A DNA stretch of 64,000 nucleotides from a bacterium (GTDB taxonomy: Bacteria > Desulfobacterota > DSWW01), in contig JBFLZG010000051.1 of NCBI GenBank assembly GCA_040756235.1, positions 8,727 through 72,726 on the forward strand. The letters are read 5' to 3'. The stretch's first letter is position 1; every line of letters starts with the position of its first letter. The notes beneath the pieces were generated by a model that was given only the letters and a program-made list of their open reading frames with translations, searched no databases and was not told the origin of the DNA. A program made the translations under genes and the position numbers. Below, in pieces: positions 9,718 through 19,844 of the stretch.

Positions 9718-12714
9718 TTGTCAGCCCTGAAACGGCTCGACCCCCGCACCCCGCCTTCGCCCTGCGGGCGGGTCGGGCCTGGACGCAGCGCCTTTCCGCA
9801 AAACCACGGCTTCCCGGGACAGTGGCTCCTCCTGGACCGATCGCGGGAAAGAAACAGCGGCTCCGCGGCCGAGCGTGCGGCACGCTTGCTGCGGCTGCTG
9901 AGAACAGCGGCACGGGCCCTGTCCGCCCGTTTCCCGGGCAGCGCGGTCACCGGAACGATTTCGGTCGCGGATCGACTCTCGGGCGCGCCTTCGGCGCAAG
10001 GGACCTCCAAGGGCTCGAATGCCCGGGTCGAAATCGAGGCATCCAGCGCATGGCTCGGCCTCGATCCCGGGGAGTTGCGGGCGGAGCTCGAGCACGCCCT
10101 GGCCGCAGGGCCTTTCACCCGCGACGACCGAGAGGAGCAGGGACCACACCGGGCCGGCTTGGCGGTTTTTCCGGACTCCGGGCAGGGCAAGCCGCTGGTG
10201 CAGTTCCTTCACTGCACGTCCCTGTCCGAGAGGCGGGAGAGGGCCTTCCGGGGCGTCCCGCCTGCGGTGTTCTTCCTCGCCCCGGCCCTGCTGAAGAGCG
10301 GCTTGCGGGTCGCGGTGGAGACACTAGTCCTCGAGGCTTTCGTCGAGCCCGCGCTCTGTCCGAAGGAGGTCCGGCAGTCCAATCGGAAGAAGCTCGAGGA
10401 CATCCTGTCGAGGAACCCCTTCTGCATCGCCACGACGGCCATGGACTTCTATCTCGAGGAGCTACGGGCCCTGTCCGGGGAGATCCGATCGAGAGACCGG
10501 CGGGTCCTTCTCGCATTCGGCGGACCGCTGGTCACTCTCTACCCCGAGAAAGCGATCGTGCACTTGCCGGAAGGCAATCTGTTCATCCGCGGCGAGGCGG
10601 ATGTGGCTCTCGGAGAGGCCCTCGCAGCCATGGCCGGCCTGCACGCCCGAAAGGACCTCGACGAACGTGCGCTGGCCGGTCTCAGGAACATGCAGGCGCT
10701 CTTCGTCCGAACCGGGGACACCGTCTTCGCCTCCCGCTACGACCGGAGGCTCCGGGTCGAGGACATCGGCGAGATCTTCCGGGGAGAGATCGACCTCGGC
10801 TACTTGAGCAAAGAGCACCTCCGGAACGGGTTCTCCCTGCATACGACCCGCGGGTGCCCCTACCGGTGCGCCTTCTGCAGCAAGGTGCACGGCTCCCGGG
10901 TGAGATCGCTCAGCGCCGAAACGATCTTCCATGTCCTTTCGTCATTGGAAAAGCGGATCCTGCAGATCGAGCAGGCCGAGGGCCTCACGGAAAGCGAGAA
11001 GCGCGCGGCGCTCCAGCTCACGTTTACGGACGACGACTTTCTGCTGGACCCGGGCCGTGCCCAGGCCGTCCTCCGAGGGCTTGCGGAGCGCCCCTTTTTC
11101 GTCCGGACGATTCCTGCCGCGATCCCCTCTTTTCTGCGTGACCGTCCGGCAGGAGGGAAAGAGCTCGACCCGATCCTGTCCGATTCGATTCGCGCGGGGA
11201 GGGCGAAGATCGGCTCTTTCGAGATCGGTACGGACGACTTTTCGGAGCGGGAGCTGCGCCGCCTGGGGAAGGGCCGTCCCCGCGCCTACGGTGCGCCGGA
11301 GATCCGGGCGGTGGTGGAGGAGCTGGAGTCGCTGGGCGTCCGCAATCGCCACTTCGTGATCCTTTCCAACCCCGATACCCGGTGGTCCGACCTTCTGGAA
11401 AAGCTCGTCCGGCTGGAAGAGTGGAGCTGGTCGTACCCGCACTTTTTTCCGGACCCGAACCCCGCTACGCTCGCCCCGGTGGGCACGCCGCTGTTTGCCA
11501 GGCTTCACCGGCAGGGCCGGACGGGCGGGCTCGCCACGCAACGCTTCTCCGTGCCGGGCTTCGCGGAATTCGACCACCAGGCCTTCAACCTGGCGCCTCC
11601 GGAGGAGCACCTTTTCGCCTCGGAGCGCCTGTCCTGCATGGAATTCTTCCGGAGGCTCTGCGATCTGCTGAAGACCTGCAATCGGTTCTTCATTGTGAAC
11701 GAGGCCTATCTCCATCTCCTGAGAATCCGCAACGAAGCTTTTCCGGATGCGGAGGAGAAGGCTCGGGTGTTCGGCCAGATCGTCCGATGCGTGCACCTGA
11801 GAAGAGCGCGGCTGGAACCCCGGCTGGCCGAGCTCCCCCTTCCCGCTGAGCGGGGCGCGGCGGCCGTGCGGAAACGGAATCTCGTCCTCGAAACGGTCGC
11901 GGGCATGCTCCTGGTGCGTGAGACCCTTGGGCGGCTCTTCCCTGAAGATGCGTTTCAGGCGGAACGAGAAGAACTCGGGCGCACCGTGGATCGACAGATT
12001 TCGGCATGGGACCGTTCTCCGGACCCGGAGGCATCCCTGTGGCCGCGAGTGCCGCTCCAGGAGGCGCTCCATGCGATCCGGGAAGAAGCGAAGGGTTGGA
12101 GCGGCCGAGAGCCTCTTGCCGGGGAGAGTCCGGCGGCCATCCGTCCCTTTCCGAAAAGCTTCATTCAGAGCGTGCGGGAAGAGCTGGAAAGAAAGACGTC
12201 GGCTTCGAAGGCCCGCGAGTGGGCGGCCCTCTTTGAGCCCGGGACGAGCCTTCTCCTGCTGGAGGTCGGCAAGGACCGGCAGGATGCCCGCTTCATCGAG
12301 GACGCGGTGAGGATCGGCAGGTTCTTCGAGCTTGCCCGGCTTGGCGGCGTGGGGGCCTCGCGTCTGTCCGGCGTGCTTCCCTTCCTGAGGGCCGAATGGG
12401 TCCTTTGGAAGTCCATCAAGGACCATTACCTCGGGTCCTCCGAGGTCCGGATCTTCCTCTATGAGGGGCTCCTCAGGCTTCCCTTCGAGCTTAAAAGGCG
12501 CTTTCAGGAGGAGTTCGGGCTCTCCCCTTTCTGCGACAGGGACGAGCTCGTGGCTTCTCTGCTCTCCAAGCTCCTGGCCGCCAGGGGCCGCCCCCACGAC
12601 GCGTGCATCCACGGCACCGGCCTGTTCGAGGCCGCCCGAGAGGAGCTCGGGTCTCTGGTGCACGAGGAGCTGGCCGCGTTCGCGCAGTGGCTCTTTGCAG
12701 AGCGCTCCGGGTGA
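9718..12714 (+). CDS. Large radical SAM protein with B12-binding-like domain and uncharacterised N- and C-terminal extensions
   Basis: TTRGCPYRCAFC motif; preceding GGPLVTLYPE...FIRGEAD segment typical of B12-binding radical SAM proteins; FTDDDF; TTG start 9 nt after AGGAGG. Confidence 0.8.
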   Translation: MSALKRLDPRTPPSPCGRVGPGRSAFPQNHGFPGQWLLLDRSRERNSGSAAERAARLLRLLRTAARALSARFPGSAVTGTISVADRLSGAPSAQGTSKGSNARVEIEASSAWLGLDPGELRAELEHALAAGPFTRDDREEQGPHRAGLAVFPDSGQGKPLVQFLHCTSLSERRERAFRGVPPAVFFLAPALLKSGLRVAVETLVLEAFVEPALCPKEVRQSNRKKLEDILSRNPFCIATTAMDFYLEELRALSGEIRSRDRRVLLAFGGPLVTLYPEKAIVHLPEGNLFIRGEADVALGEALAAMAGLHARKDLDERALAGLRNMQALFVRTGDTVFASRYDRRLRVEDIGEIFRGEIDLGYLSKEHLRNGFSLHTTRGCPYRCAFCSKVHGSRVRSLSAETIFHVLSSLEKRILQIEQAEGLTESEKRAALQLTFTDDDFLLDPGRAQAVLRGLAERPFFVRTIPAAIPSFLRDRPAGGKELDPILSDSIRAGRAKIGSFEIGTDDFSERELRRLGKGRPRAYGAPEIRAVVEELESLGVRNRHFVILSNPDTRWSDLLEKLVRLEEWSWSYPHFFPDPNPATLAPVGTPLFARLHRQGRTGGLATQRFSVPGFAEFDHQAFNLAPPEEHLFASERLSCMEFFRRLCDLLKTCNRFFIVNEAYLHLLRIRNEAFPDAEEKARVFGQIVRCVHLRRARLEPRLAELPLPAERGAAAVRKRNLVLETVAGMLLVRETLGRLFPEDAFQAEREELGRTVDRQISAWDRSPDPEASLWPRVPLQEALHAIREEAKGWSGREPLAGESPAAIRPFPKSFIQSVREELERKTSASKAREWAALFEPGTSLLLLEVGKDRQDARFIEDAVRIGRFFELARLGGVGASRLSGVLPFLRAEWVLWKSIKDHYLGSSEVRIFLYEGLLRLPFELKRRFQEEFGLSPFCDRDELVASLLSKLLAARGRPHDACIHGTGLFEAAREELGSLVHEELAAFAQWLFAERSG

Positions 12715-12741
12715 GAGCCGCGGCGCGCCCGCGGGACCCGC

Positions 12742-14043
12742 CTATTTGCAGAACTTCTGAAAGCCGCTCAGAGAAAAGTCGTTGGGGTCCATGATCGCGT
12801 AGAAGGCCCAGATGTTCCTCGGGCTCGCGTCCTCGATGATGCTGGAGTGGTCGGCACGGTCGTCGACCACCTGCTGGGTGGCCAGGGACGTGAACATCAT
12901 CTTCTTGTCCGCGCTCTCGCATCCCATGCTGGAGATGAAGAAGGTCTTCCAGTAGGCCCGGCTCTTGTCGTGGATCACCTTGTACGCGGCGCCATAGAGC
13001 TCGGTATCGACCCAGAGCTCCTGCGGACCGTAGTTGTAGTAAGGGTCCTTGGGGATCATCTCGAGCACGTAGACGGACCGCTTGGTCCAGATCAGGTTGG
13101 TCGGCGCCCACGGGGCCCCTTGCCAGCCTTCTTTCTGGTACCCGTGAATCACCGGTTTGATCTGGGGGGTGGTCAGCCACTCGCCCTGCTCGTTCTGCAC
13201 GATCCGGATCGGGTCTTTGTCCAGGAAGGCCAGCAGGGCTTCCTGCTTCCGCAGCACCTTCCAGGAGAACGCGGAGACCTTCCCGTCGTAGCCGTTGGCG
13301 TCGTCCACGGCGAAGTCCGAGCCCATGAAGGCGTCCGAACGGTTGGCCGGGCTCATGCGGCGCACCCTGCGGATCGCGGGCACGTAGCCGAAGCTCAAGT
13401 CCAGCTTCGTGGGATCCAGAAAGCGCCACAGCATGACGGCCGTACCGGCGACGTCATAGGGCTTCAGAATGCGCGTGATCGCATACTTCTCCACGCGCTC
13501 CGGGTTGGGAAGCTCGGCAGCTCCCGGATACCCGTCCATCGCCATCTGGAGCCAGACCGCCTCCGTCTCCTTGTCATACCCTCTCGAGCGGTCAACGAAA
13601 ATGCCCTGGTAGGGGAAACGGAGGTTGCCGGGCAGATATTGCATGTAGTGGTTGTTCTGCATCAGCTTGATGGCGAGCTTGGGATCATCGGGATCGATCT
13701 GGGGGAAGGGAAGGCCGACGAGCCGCTCCGGCGCCTTTCCGGTCGCCGCCTCGATGATGCCGTCGTCTTCACCCAGCCCGTACTTCCCGAGGTTGGTCTG
13801 CATCGCCTCCTTGGCGAACGGAGGGAAATAGTCGGCGGGCTTGTAGTTCAGCTCGCCGATCTCCATGATGAAATCCCCTTTCTGGACCCAGTTGAGGACC
13901 GGCCCGGGCAGGAGCCCCTCGGCCTTCTGCCAGCTCGTCTTGTCGATGATGTCCCCCGGCGCCACGTCGGCTGAAACGGAGGGAGCGGCGGTCACGAGCC
14001 AGCACCCAAGAAACAGGAGCGAGAGACGGCCGAGGGTCTTCAT
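12742..14043 (-). CDS. DUF1329 family secreted protein (LolA-like fold)
   Basis: Signal peptide; GLPFPQID, YVPAIRRVRR, GSDFAVDD; paralogue of 41975-43273. Confidence 0.85.
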   Translation of the reverse strand: MKTLGRLSLLFLGCWLVTAAPSVSADVAPGDIIDKTSWQKAEGLLPGPVLNWVQKGDFIMEIGELNYKPADYFPPFAKEAMQTNLGKYGLGEDDGIIEAATGKAPERLVGLPFPQIDPDDPKLAIKLMQNNHYMQYLPGNLRFPYQGIFVDRSRGYDKETEAVWLQMAMDGYPGAAELPNPERVEKYAITRILKPYDVAGTAVMLWRFLDPTKLDLSFGYVPAIRRVRRMSPANRSDAFMGSDFAVDDANGYDGKVSAFSWKVLRKQEALLAFLDKDPIRIVQNEQGEWLTTPQIKPVIHGYQKEGWQGAPWAPTNLIWTKRSVYVLEMIPKDPYYNYGPQELWVDTELYGAAYKVIHDKSRAYWKTFFISSMGCESADKKMMFTSLATQQVVDDRADHSSIIEDASPRNIWAFYAIMDPNDFSLSGFQKFCK

Positions 14044-14210
14044 TTGCTGTTACCTCCGACTTTGCGGGTAGAGAAAATCCGAGACACAAACATCAAAAAG
14101 TGAATAGAATGACTGTCGACCACAAGCCATAGATAGAATGAATAACCTGTGCACATCAAGAAAAATCTTTGTGCGCCGGCCAAACCACCGAACGAGCCAG
14201 GAGAACGGAG

Positions 14211-15461
14211 ATGAGCGGGACGGCGGAACGACAGTACGAGGCAAGGGAAAAGAGGATCTCGGACGCCATCGAGCTCAAGGAGCCGGACCGGGTCCCGTTC
14301 GTGGCGCTGTTCGGCTTCTTTCCGGCCAAATACGCGGGTATCACCTGCGCCGAAGCCATGTACGATCGGGAAAAGATGATGCATGCCTGGGTGAAGACCA
14401 TGAAGGAGTTCGAGCCGGACGCCTACGAGAACCCGTTCACCATCCGCTTTCTGGGGGCCCTGCTGGAGGCGCTCGACTTCAAGCAGCTGCGCTGGCCGGG
14501 GCATGGCGTGAGCGAGGCTGCTTCGTACCAGTTCGTCGAAGGGGAGTACATGAAGGCCGACGAGTACGACGCCTTCCTTTTCGATCTCTCCGATTACATG
14601 GTCCGCTGCTACTGGCCGCGGGTCTTCGGCGCGCTGCAGGGTCTGGGCGCGCTCCCCCCTTTGAACGAGCTGATTTCCTACTATCTGGGGCTCACCCATC
14701 TGGCCGCCCTGGACGCCCCCGAGGTCGGTGATGCGCTGGCCGCACTCCGGAAGGCGGGCAGGGCGGCCGCAACGCTCGTGGACGCCGCCAGGGCTTACGG
14801 AGAGGAGATGAAGAGCCTGGGGATCCCGCCCCAGTTCGGCGCCATCACCCAGGCTCCGTTCGACACGCTGTCCGACTTTTTTCGAGGTACCCGGGGCGCA
14901 ATGCTCGATCTCTACCGGCAGCCCGAGAAGCTCCTGGCCGCGACGGAAAAGCTCCTGCCGATCATGCTGCGAAGCGCCGTCCGGACGGCCCGGAGAACGG
15001 GCGTCCCGCGGGTGTTCATACCGCTGCACAAAGGTTCTGACGGTTTCATGTCCCTCGAGCAGTTCAAGACTTTTTTCTGGCCCGGCTTGAGGACGCTGAT
15101 GCTCGGCCTGATCGAGGAAGGGCTGGTCCCCTGCCCGTTCTTCGAAGGCGATTACGGCTCCCGGCTGGAAGTCATCGCCGACATCCCCAGGGGGAAGGCC
15201 TGCTACGCGTTCGAGCGGACCGACCTCTTGCGGGCCAAGGAGGTGCTCGGCGGCCGGGTATGCCTACGGGGGAACGTGCCCCTTTCCCTGCTCGGCACGG
15301 GAGCTCCGGAGGAGGTCAAGGCGCACTGCCGGAGGCTGATACGGGAGGTCGGCAAGGGGGGCGGGTTCATCCTGGATGCCGCCACGGGGCTGGATGACGC
15401 CAGGCCGGAGAACGTGCGGGCCATGGCCGAGTGCGCGAGGGAGAGCGCCGTGCGGGCGTGA
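14211..15461 (+). CDS. Uroporphyrinogen decarboxylase-like / MtaA-CmuA family TIM-barrel protein
   Basis: EPDRVP, APFD..SDFFRG, FIPLHKG..GFMS.EQFKTFFWP, LRGNVP, GGGFIL, ARPENV. Confidence 0.85.
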   Translation: MSGTAERQYEAREKRISDAIELKEPDRVPFVALFGFFPAKYAGITCAEAMYDREKMMHAWVKTMKEFEPDAYENPFTIRFLGALLEALDFKQLRWPGHGVSEAASYQFVEGEYMKADEYDAFLFDLSDYMVRCYWPRVFGALQGLGALPPLNELISYYLGLTHLAALDAPEVGDALAALRKAGRAAATLVDAARAYGEEMKSLGIPPQFGAITQAPFDTLSDFFRGTRGAMLDLYRQPEKLLAATEKLLPIMLRSAVRTARRTGVPRVFIPLHKGSDGFMSLEQFKTFFWPGLRTLMLGLIEEGLVPCPFFEGDYGSRLEVIADIPRGKACYAFERTDLLRAKEVLGGRVCLRGNVPLSLLGTGAPEEVKAHCRRLIREVGKGGGFILDAATGLDDARPENVRAMAECARESAVRA

Positions 15462-15515
15462 GCTAAGGCAGGGCCGAGCGGCCGATGCGCGCCTCGCGAC
15501 GGGCGAACCGGCCCT

Positions 15516-16394
15516 TCAGGGTTCTCCTTCGATCCGTGACCGGGCAAAGGCGGCTCCGTCCCCCTCGGGAACGAGAGCCAGATATTTCCCCCAGTGGAGC
15601 CGGGCAAGACCTTTGTCTCCGATCTTCTCCAGGGTCTCGGCCAGGTTGAAGTGCGCGTCGGCGAAGTCGGCGTCCTCGTGAAGAGCCTTCGCGTAGAAAA
15701 GCACGGCATCCTCGAGGCGACCCCTCTCACCCAGCAGGTTGGCGAGGTTGTAGTTGGCTTCCACATGGTCGGGGTTGAGGCGCAGCGCCTTGCGATAGAG
15801 CCGCTCCGCCTCCTCCGGCTCGCCCCGGCGATAGAGAAGGCTCCCCAGGTTGACCAGACCGTCCTGATGATCGGGCCTCATGGACAGCAGCTCTTCATAC
15901 TTGGCTCTCGCCTGGCCCCACTCCCCTCTTTCCTCGAGCTCGAGAGCCTGGAAGAAGAGATCGTCCAGAGGCATGGCGCCCAGCTTCGATACGGGTTCCA
16001 CCGGACGAGTGGCGGAGAGCGCGGGACGGGAAGCCTCCGAGGGCTTGTCGAAATCGAGCAACATCTGCCCTTCCGGCGTGACCCTCACGCTGTTCCTGCC
16101 GATCACGATCTCGCGGCCGTCCAGGGTGATGCGCAGCTGCACCAGCGGCTGCGCGACCTCCGGCAGGGATGCCTTCAACTGCTGCACCAGCTGCTTGAGC
16201 TTCCTGGCCGAGGCGCCTTGATCGCGCAGGGTCTTGATCGCGCGGAAGGCCACCAGGCCCTGGAAATCGAACGACAGGAACTCGTCACGAGTCTCGGCCG
16301 GAGGAACGACGCCCGCCCGGACCCAATAGCGGATCTGGCTTTCCGAGATGCCGATGAGTCTGGAGACTTCTTTCTGATCGTAGAGGTTCTTCAT
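15516..16394 (-). CDS. MerR-type HTH plus TPR protein
   Basis: N-terminal Y.QKEVSRLIGISESQIRYW; C-terminal TPRs (ANYNLA, AHFNLA). Confidence 0.85.
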   Translation of the reverse strand: MKNLYDQKEVSRLIGISESQIRYWVRAGVVPPAETRDEFLSFDFQGLVAFRAIKTLRDQGASARKLKQLVQQLKASLPEVAQPLVQLRITLDGREIVIGRNSVRVTPEGQMLLDFDKPSEASRPALSATRPVEPVSKLGAMPLDDLFFQALELEERGEWGQARAKYEELLSMRPDHQDGLVNLGSLLYRRGEPEEAERLYRKALRLNPDHVEANYNLANLLGERGRLEDAVLFYAKALHEDADFADAHFNLAETLEKIGDKGLARLHWGKYLALVPEGDGAAFARSRIEGEP

Positions 16395-16774
16395 CCGTGG
16401 CCGTACCGCAGTCCTGGTGGAGCAGGCTGAAGCGAACCGGATTGCCCCTCGTCACGGCAGTGTACATCTTGATCGGAATGGAAACCAGGCTGATCTTGAG
16501 ATAACCCGTCCAGACCTGCTTCGCAGCCGTGCATTCAGGTTGGCCTCTGAAAGCGAGCTGCTTGGGACACGCTCGGAATGAATGCGTCTAAACGGATCAG
16601 GAGGTATTGCCGAGAAAGAGAGGAGGGCTGAAGGAGAGTCGACGCACATCGCGACCAGGGCGTCGCCCTGAACGTCTTTGCACACCGCAATGAGTCCGGC
16701 AAATCGAGAGGCGGCCATGCGGCTCGAAGCCGATAACCGGGATGGAGAAAAAGTAAAGATTAGGAAAAAAAATC

Positions 16775-16824
16775 CGAAATGATCTCGAAATGATCTTGAT
16801 ACGAGGATCCGTTTTTTGTAAGAG
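16775..16824 (+). promoter_or_regulatory. 11-bp tandem repeat abutting a putative sigma-70 promoter
   Basis: CGAAATGATCT x2 (16775-16796) then TTGATA-N17-TAAGAG. Confidence 0.35.
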
Positions 16825-16910
16825 GTAGTCCCAGGCAGAACGACCAGAGATGTTTGCGGCATGCGGCGGAGGAAAACCGTCCCTATCAGAAGCAGGGTCT
16901 CCCCTCGACG

Positions 16911-17987
16911 ATGAAGTGCAAGAGAAATCCTCAGCTCGCTCGGGACATCACCGGATCGAGGCCGCCGGTCCTGCTCCTCTATAATCTCGATCCGACTTGG
17001 GACCCCGAGGAGCGGGAGGCGGTCATCGAGGAATCGACCCGGCTCGGTTCTGCATTGGGAGAGGTGGGGCACTCCGTGACTCTTCTGCCCGTCTGTGACA
17101 TCGACTTCCACAGCCAACTGACAGGGATTCCGGATGGAGGGTGGGTCGTCCTCAACTGGTGCGAATCGATTCCGGGAATGCCTCGCAGCGAGGCCCAGGT
17201 GGCAGCCGCACTGGAATCCATGAACCTCGCGTACACGGGGTCTGCATCTGAAGTGCTGGCCCTGAGCGAGGACAAGCACCGCATGAAAGAGGTCCTGGCG
17301 ACCTCCGGCATACCCACGCCCACCTGGCGGATCTACGATGCCCCGGAGAGCGAAAAGTGGCACTGCTTCCCGGCGATCGTCAAGGCGGCCAACGGGCACT
17401 GCAGCGAAGGGCTCACCCCCGAGTCGGTGGCCATGACGGAGGAGGAGCTGCTCCTCAGGATCGAGTACGTCCTGGACACCTTCGATGGGCCGGCTCTCGT
17501 GGAGGATTTCATAGACGGTCGGGAGTTTCACGTATCCCTCTGGGGGAACAGGCACGTCCAGATGCTGCCGCCGGCGGAGATGGACTTTTCCTCCTTTGGA
17601 GAGGCGCGCGAGCGGTTGTGCACCTACGATGCCAAATTTGTTCCGGATTCCGGACACTACAAGGGGATCAAGACCCTGCTCCCTGCACCCCTCACGGAGA
17701 GGGAGTACCGGAAACTCAGGAAGATCGCTGTTTCGGCTTATGAAGCTATCGGCTGCAGGGATTACGGGCGCATCGATATCAGGCTGCGGGACGGGATCTT
17801 CTATGTCCTGGACGTGAACCCGAACGCCGACATCGGCGCGGACGCCAGCATGGCATGTGCCGCAGAGCTGAGGGGTTATTCCTACGGTGAGATGGGCAGC
17901 ATCCTGGTCCAACTGGCCGCCCGGCGCCACTCCCTGGGCGCAACACCGGACTCGAGTCTCGCCCTCGCCCTGCAGACCGGTCCCTGA
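16911..17987 (+). CDS. ATP-grasp ligase, D-Ala-D-Ala ligase-like family
   Basis: YTGS...LALSEDK, PAIVK, ALVEDFIDGREF, GCRDYGRIDIR, LDVNPN; lacks the canonical Ddl N-terminal GG.S.E motif so not called ddl. Confidence 0.8.
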   Translation: MKCKRNPQLARDITGSRPPVLLLYNLDPTWDPEEREAVIEESTRLGSALGEVGHSVTLLPVCDIDFHSQLTGIPDGGWVVLNWCESIPGMPRSEAQVAAALESMNLAYTGSASEVLALSEDKHRMKEVLATSGIPTPTWRIYDAPESEKWHCFPAIVKAANGHCSEGLTPESVAMTEEELLLRIEYVLDTFDGPALVEDFIDGREFHVSLWGNRHVQMLPPAEMDFSSFGEARERLCTYDAKFVPDSGHYKGIKTLLPAPLTEREYRKLRKIAVSAYEAIGCRDYGRIDIRLRDGIFYVLDVNPNADIGADASMACAAELRGYSYGEMGSILVQLAARRHSLGATPDSSLALALQTGP

Positions 17988-17996
17988 AGTCGCACG

Positions 17997-18035
17997 AAAA
18001 AAAAAGGCCTAGCTTTTCCGCTAAGCCCTTTTTTT
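17997..18035 (-). terminator. Intrinsic terminator downstream of tRNA-Phe, probably bidirectional
   Basis: Minus strand AGGGCTTAGC-GGAAAA-GCTAGGCCTT followed by a T run; T run also on plus strand. Confidence 0.75.
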
Positions 18036-18038
18036 CTC

Positions 18039-18114
18039 TGGTGCCGAGGGACGGAATCGAACCGCCGACACGCGGATTTTCAGTCCACTGCTCTACCGAC
18101 TGAGCTACCTCGGC
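18039..18114 (-). tRNA. tRNA-Phe (GAA)
   Basis: GCCGAGGTAGCTCAGTCGGTAGAGCAGTGGACTGAAAATCCGCGTGTCGGCGGTTCGATTCCGTCCCTCGGCACCA; 76 nt, encoded CCA. Confidence 0.98.
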
Positions 18115-18241
18115 AGCAATTTCAGATCATGGAAATACTATTAGACTCAAAAGGGAAAAGTGTCAACTTGGAGCACTCACTGTAACTGCTGACCGAAGAT
18201 CCGCCCCGCGACCTCCGCCCGCCGGACCCCGCGCCTGCAGC

Positions 18242-18985
18242 TTACCCGCCGGCGATCCCGGGGCCGCCGGGAGGCTGCTGCGGCTGCTGCCATCCCATCA
18301 GATCGCTCGGGGGCAGGCGGATTTCCAGCGTGCCGGCGATCTTGTCGTGCAAGCCCTGTTTGCGGGGATCCACGGCGACCCACAGAAAGCCGATGAAAAG
18401 CGTGAGCTGGTTGATGTAATAGCCAAGCGTCCGCAGAGCGGCCTGGGCATAGCTGACGTTCCCGCCGTCCGTGCGGATGACCCTGAGCCCGCAGATCTTC
18501 TTTCCCGGCGTCTGCCCCGTTTTTCCCAGGAAATAGGTGAAATACGCCATCATCAGGATGAAGGCGAACAGGTTGAACGCATTCCAGGGTCCCTCGAACC
18601 GCCATGAGGAAAAATGCTCGAAAGGATGGGTCGCAGAGCCTTTCGTGTAGCCGAAAACACCCACTGCGAACAGGAGCGCCATGACCAGGAAGAGAATGGC
18701 GGAATCGATCACGTAGGCCACCACCCGGATCCAGAATCCTGCGAAACCGACAGGGGCCGCACCCGGTTCATGGGACCAGGGCGGAGGCTGGGGCGCGGGC
18801 AGGGACGGCGGGTATCCGCCCGCGCCTCGCGGAAACGGCTCCCGAGGCGGGGGGCTGCCGATGCCCGCGCCGCGTTGCGGCGCGGGGCCGGCCTCCTTCA
18901 GGTTGGCTCCGCAGAAGGTGCACTGCTCGGTGTTCCTGTTCGGCCGCCCGCAGACCGGGCAAGTGACCGTCCCGTTCGATTCCAT
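18242..18985 (-). CDS. RDD family membrane protein with N-terminal zinc ribbon and Pro-rich linker
   Basis: CPVCG...CTFCG; AGFWIRVVAYVID; GQTPGKKICGLRV; KQGLHDKIAGT. Confidence 0.92.
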   Translation of the reverse strand: MESNGTVTCPVCGRPNRNTEQCTFCGANLKEAGPAPQRGAGIGSPPPREPFPRGAGGYPPSLPAPQPPPWSHEPGAAPVGFAGFWIRVVAYVIDSAILFLVMALLFAVGVFGYTKGSATHPFEHFSSWRFEGPWNAFNLFAFILMMAYFTYFLGKTGQTPGKKICGLRVIRTDGGNVSYAQAALRTLGYYINQLTLFIGFLWVAVDPRKQGLHDKIAGTLEIRLPPSDLMGWQQPQQPPGGPGIAGG

Positions 18986-19034
18986 TTCCGCTCCTTTGCA
19001 GAAGTCTCAGGCAGCAAGTCTCAAGGCAAAAGGA

Positions 19035-19844
19035 TCAGGTCCCGGGCAACCCGGCTCCGGTCAGATCCCGGAGGTCTCCGAACTGATACTGCGCGAGTGC
19101 AACCGCCAGGATGGCCGCCGTCTCCGCCCGCAGAATCCTGGGGCCGAGCCCCGCGGCAACGAACCCGGCTGCAAGTGCCGCCGCTTCCTCCTGAGCCGTG
19201 AAACCGCCCTCGGGGCCCACCAGCAGGAGAATCCGGCGGGGAGGGCTCCGGGTCTGCGCCCCCGCCGGCAAACCCAGGTTCGATGGGGCCGAAGCGGTGA
19301 ACAGAAGCCCGAGGTCGACCTCGGGGCGCCTGGTGAGCGTCTCGTCCAGGGATGACACCGGCCGAATCTCGGCGACCGACGCTCGTCCGCTCTGGCGTGA
19401 GGCTTCCTCGGCGATCTTGCGCCATCTCCGGAGCCTCGGTTCCGAGCGCTCCGACGGCAGCACCGGCACGGACCTGGCGGCCGCGACCGGGCAGATCTCC
19501 GCCGCTCCCAACTCCGACGCCTTCTGGATCACGAGATCCATCTTCTGCGCCTTGAGCAGCCCGACGGCCAGCAGGAGCCACAGGGGCGAGTCCGCCTTGC
19601 CCGGGACCCTTTCCAGAATGCCGACCCGCGCCAGCCTGCTCGTGACGTCGAGCAGAACCGCAGCGTATTGCCAGCCGGATCCGTCGAACAGGACCAGGGG
19701 ATCTCCGCGACGCATCCGCAGGACTTCACAGACGTAGTGCCGCCGGGGGCCTACGAGCGTGACCTCACGCGCATCCGGCGGGATGACTTCCACGAACAGC
19801 CTGCTCGCGGCATGGCCCTGTCTTGCGGCCCGTGGCTCATCCAT
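19035..19844 (-). CDS. rsmE: 16S rRNA m3U1498 methyltransferase
   Basis: VLRMR.GD, KASELG, EASRQSGR, VGPEGGF, LGPRILRAETA; follows prmA. Confidence 0.96.
   Translation of the reverse strand: MDEPRAARQGHAASRLFVEVIPPDAREVTLVGPRRHYVCEVLRMRRGDPLVLFDGSGWQYAAVLLDVTSRLARVGILERVPGKADSPLWLLLAVGLLKAQKMDLVIQKASELGAAEICPVAAARSVPVLPSERSEPRLRRWRKIAEEASRQSGRASVAEIRPVSSLDETLTRRPEVDLGLLFTASAPSNLGLPAGAQTRSPPRRILLLVGPEGGFTAQEEAAALAAGFVAAGLGPRILRAETAAILAVALAQYQFGDLRDLTGAGLPGT

Noticed and set aside
18039..18114. tRNA-Phe as an integration site
   Set aside because: No duplicated tRNA 3' end noticed by eye and no integrase in the window
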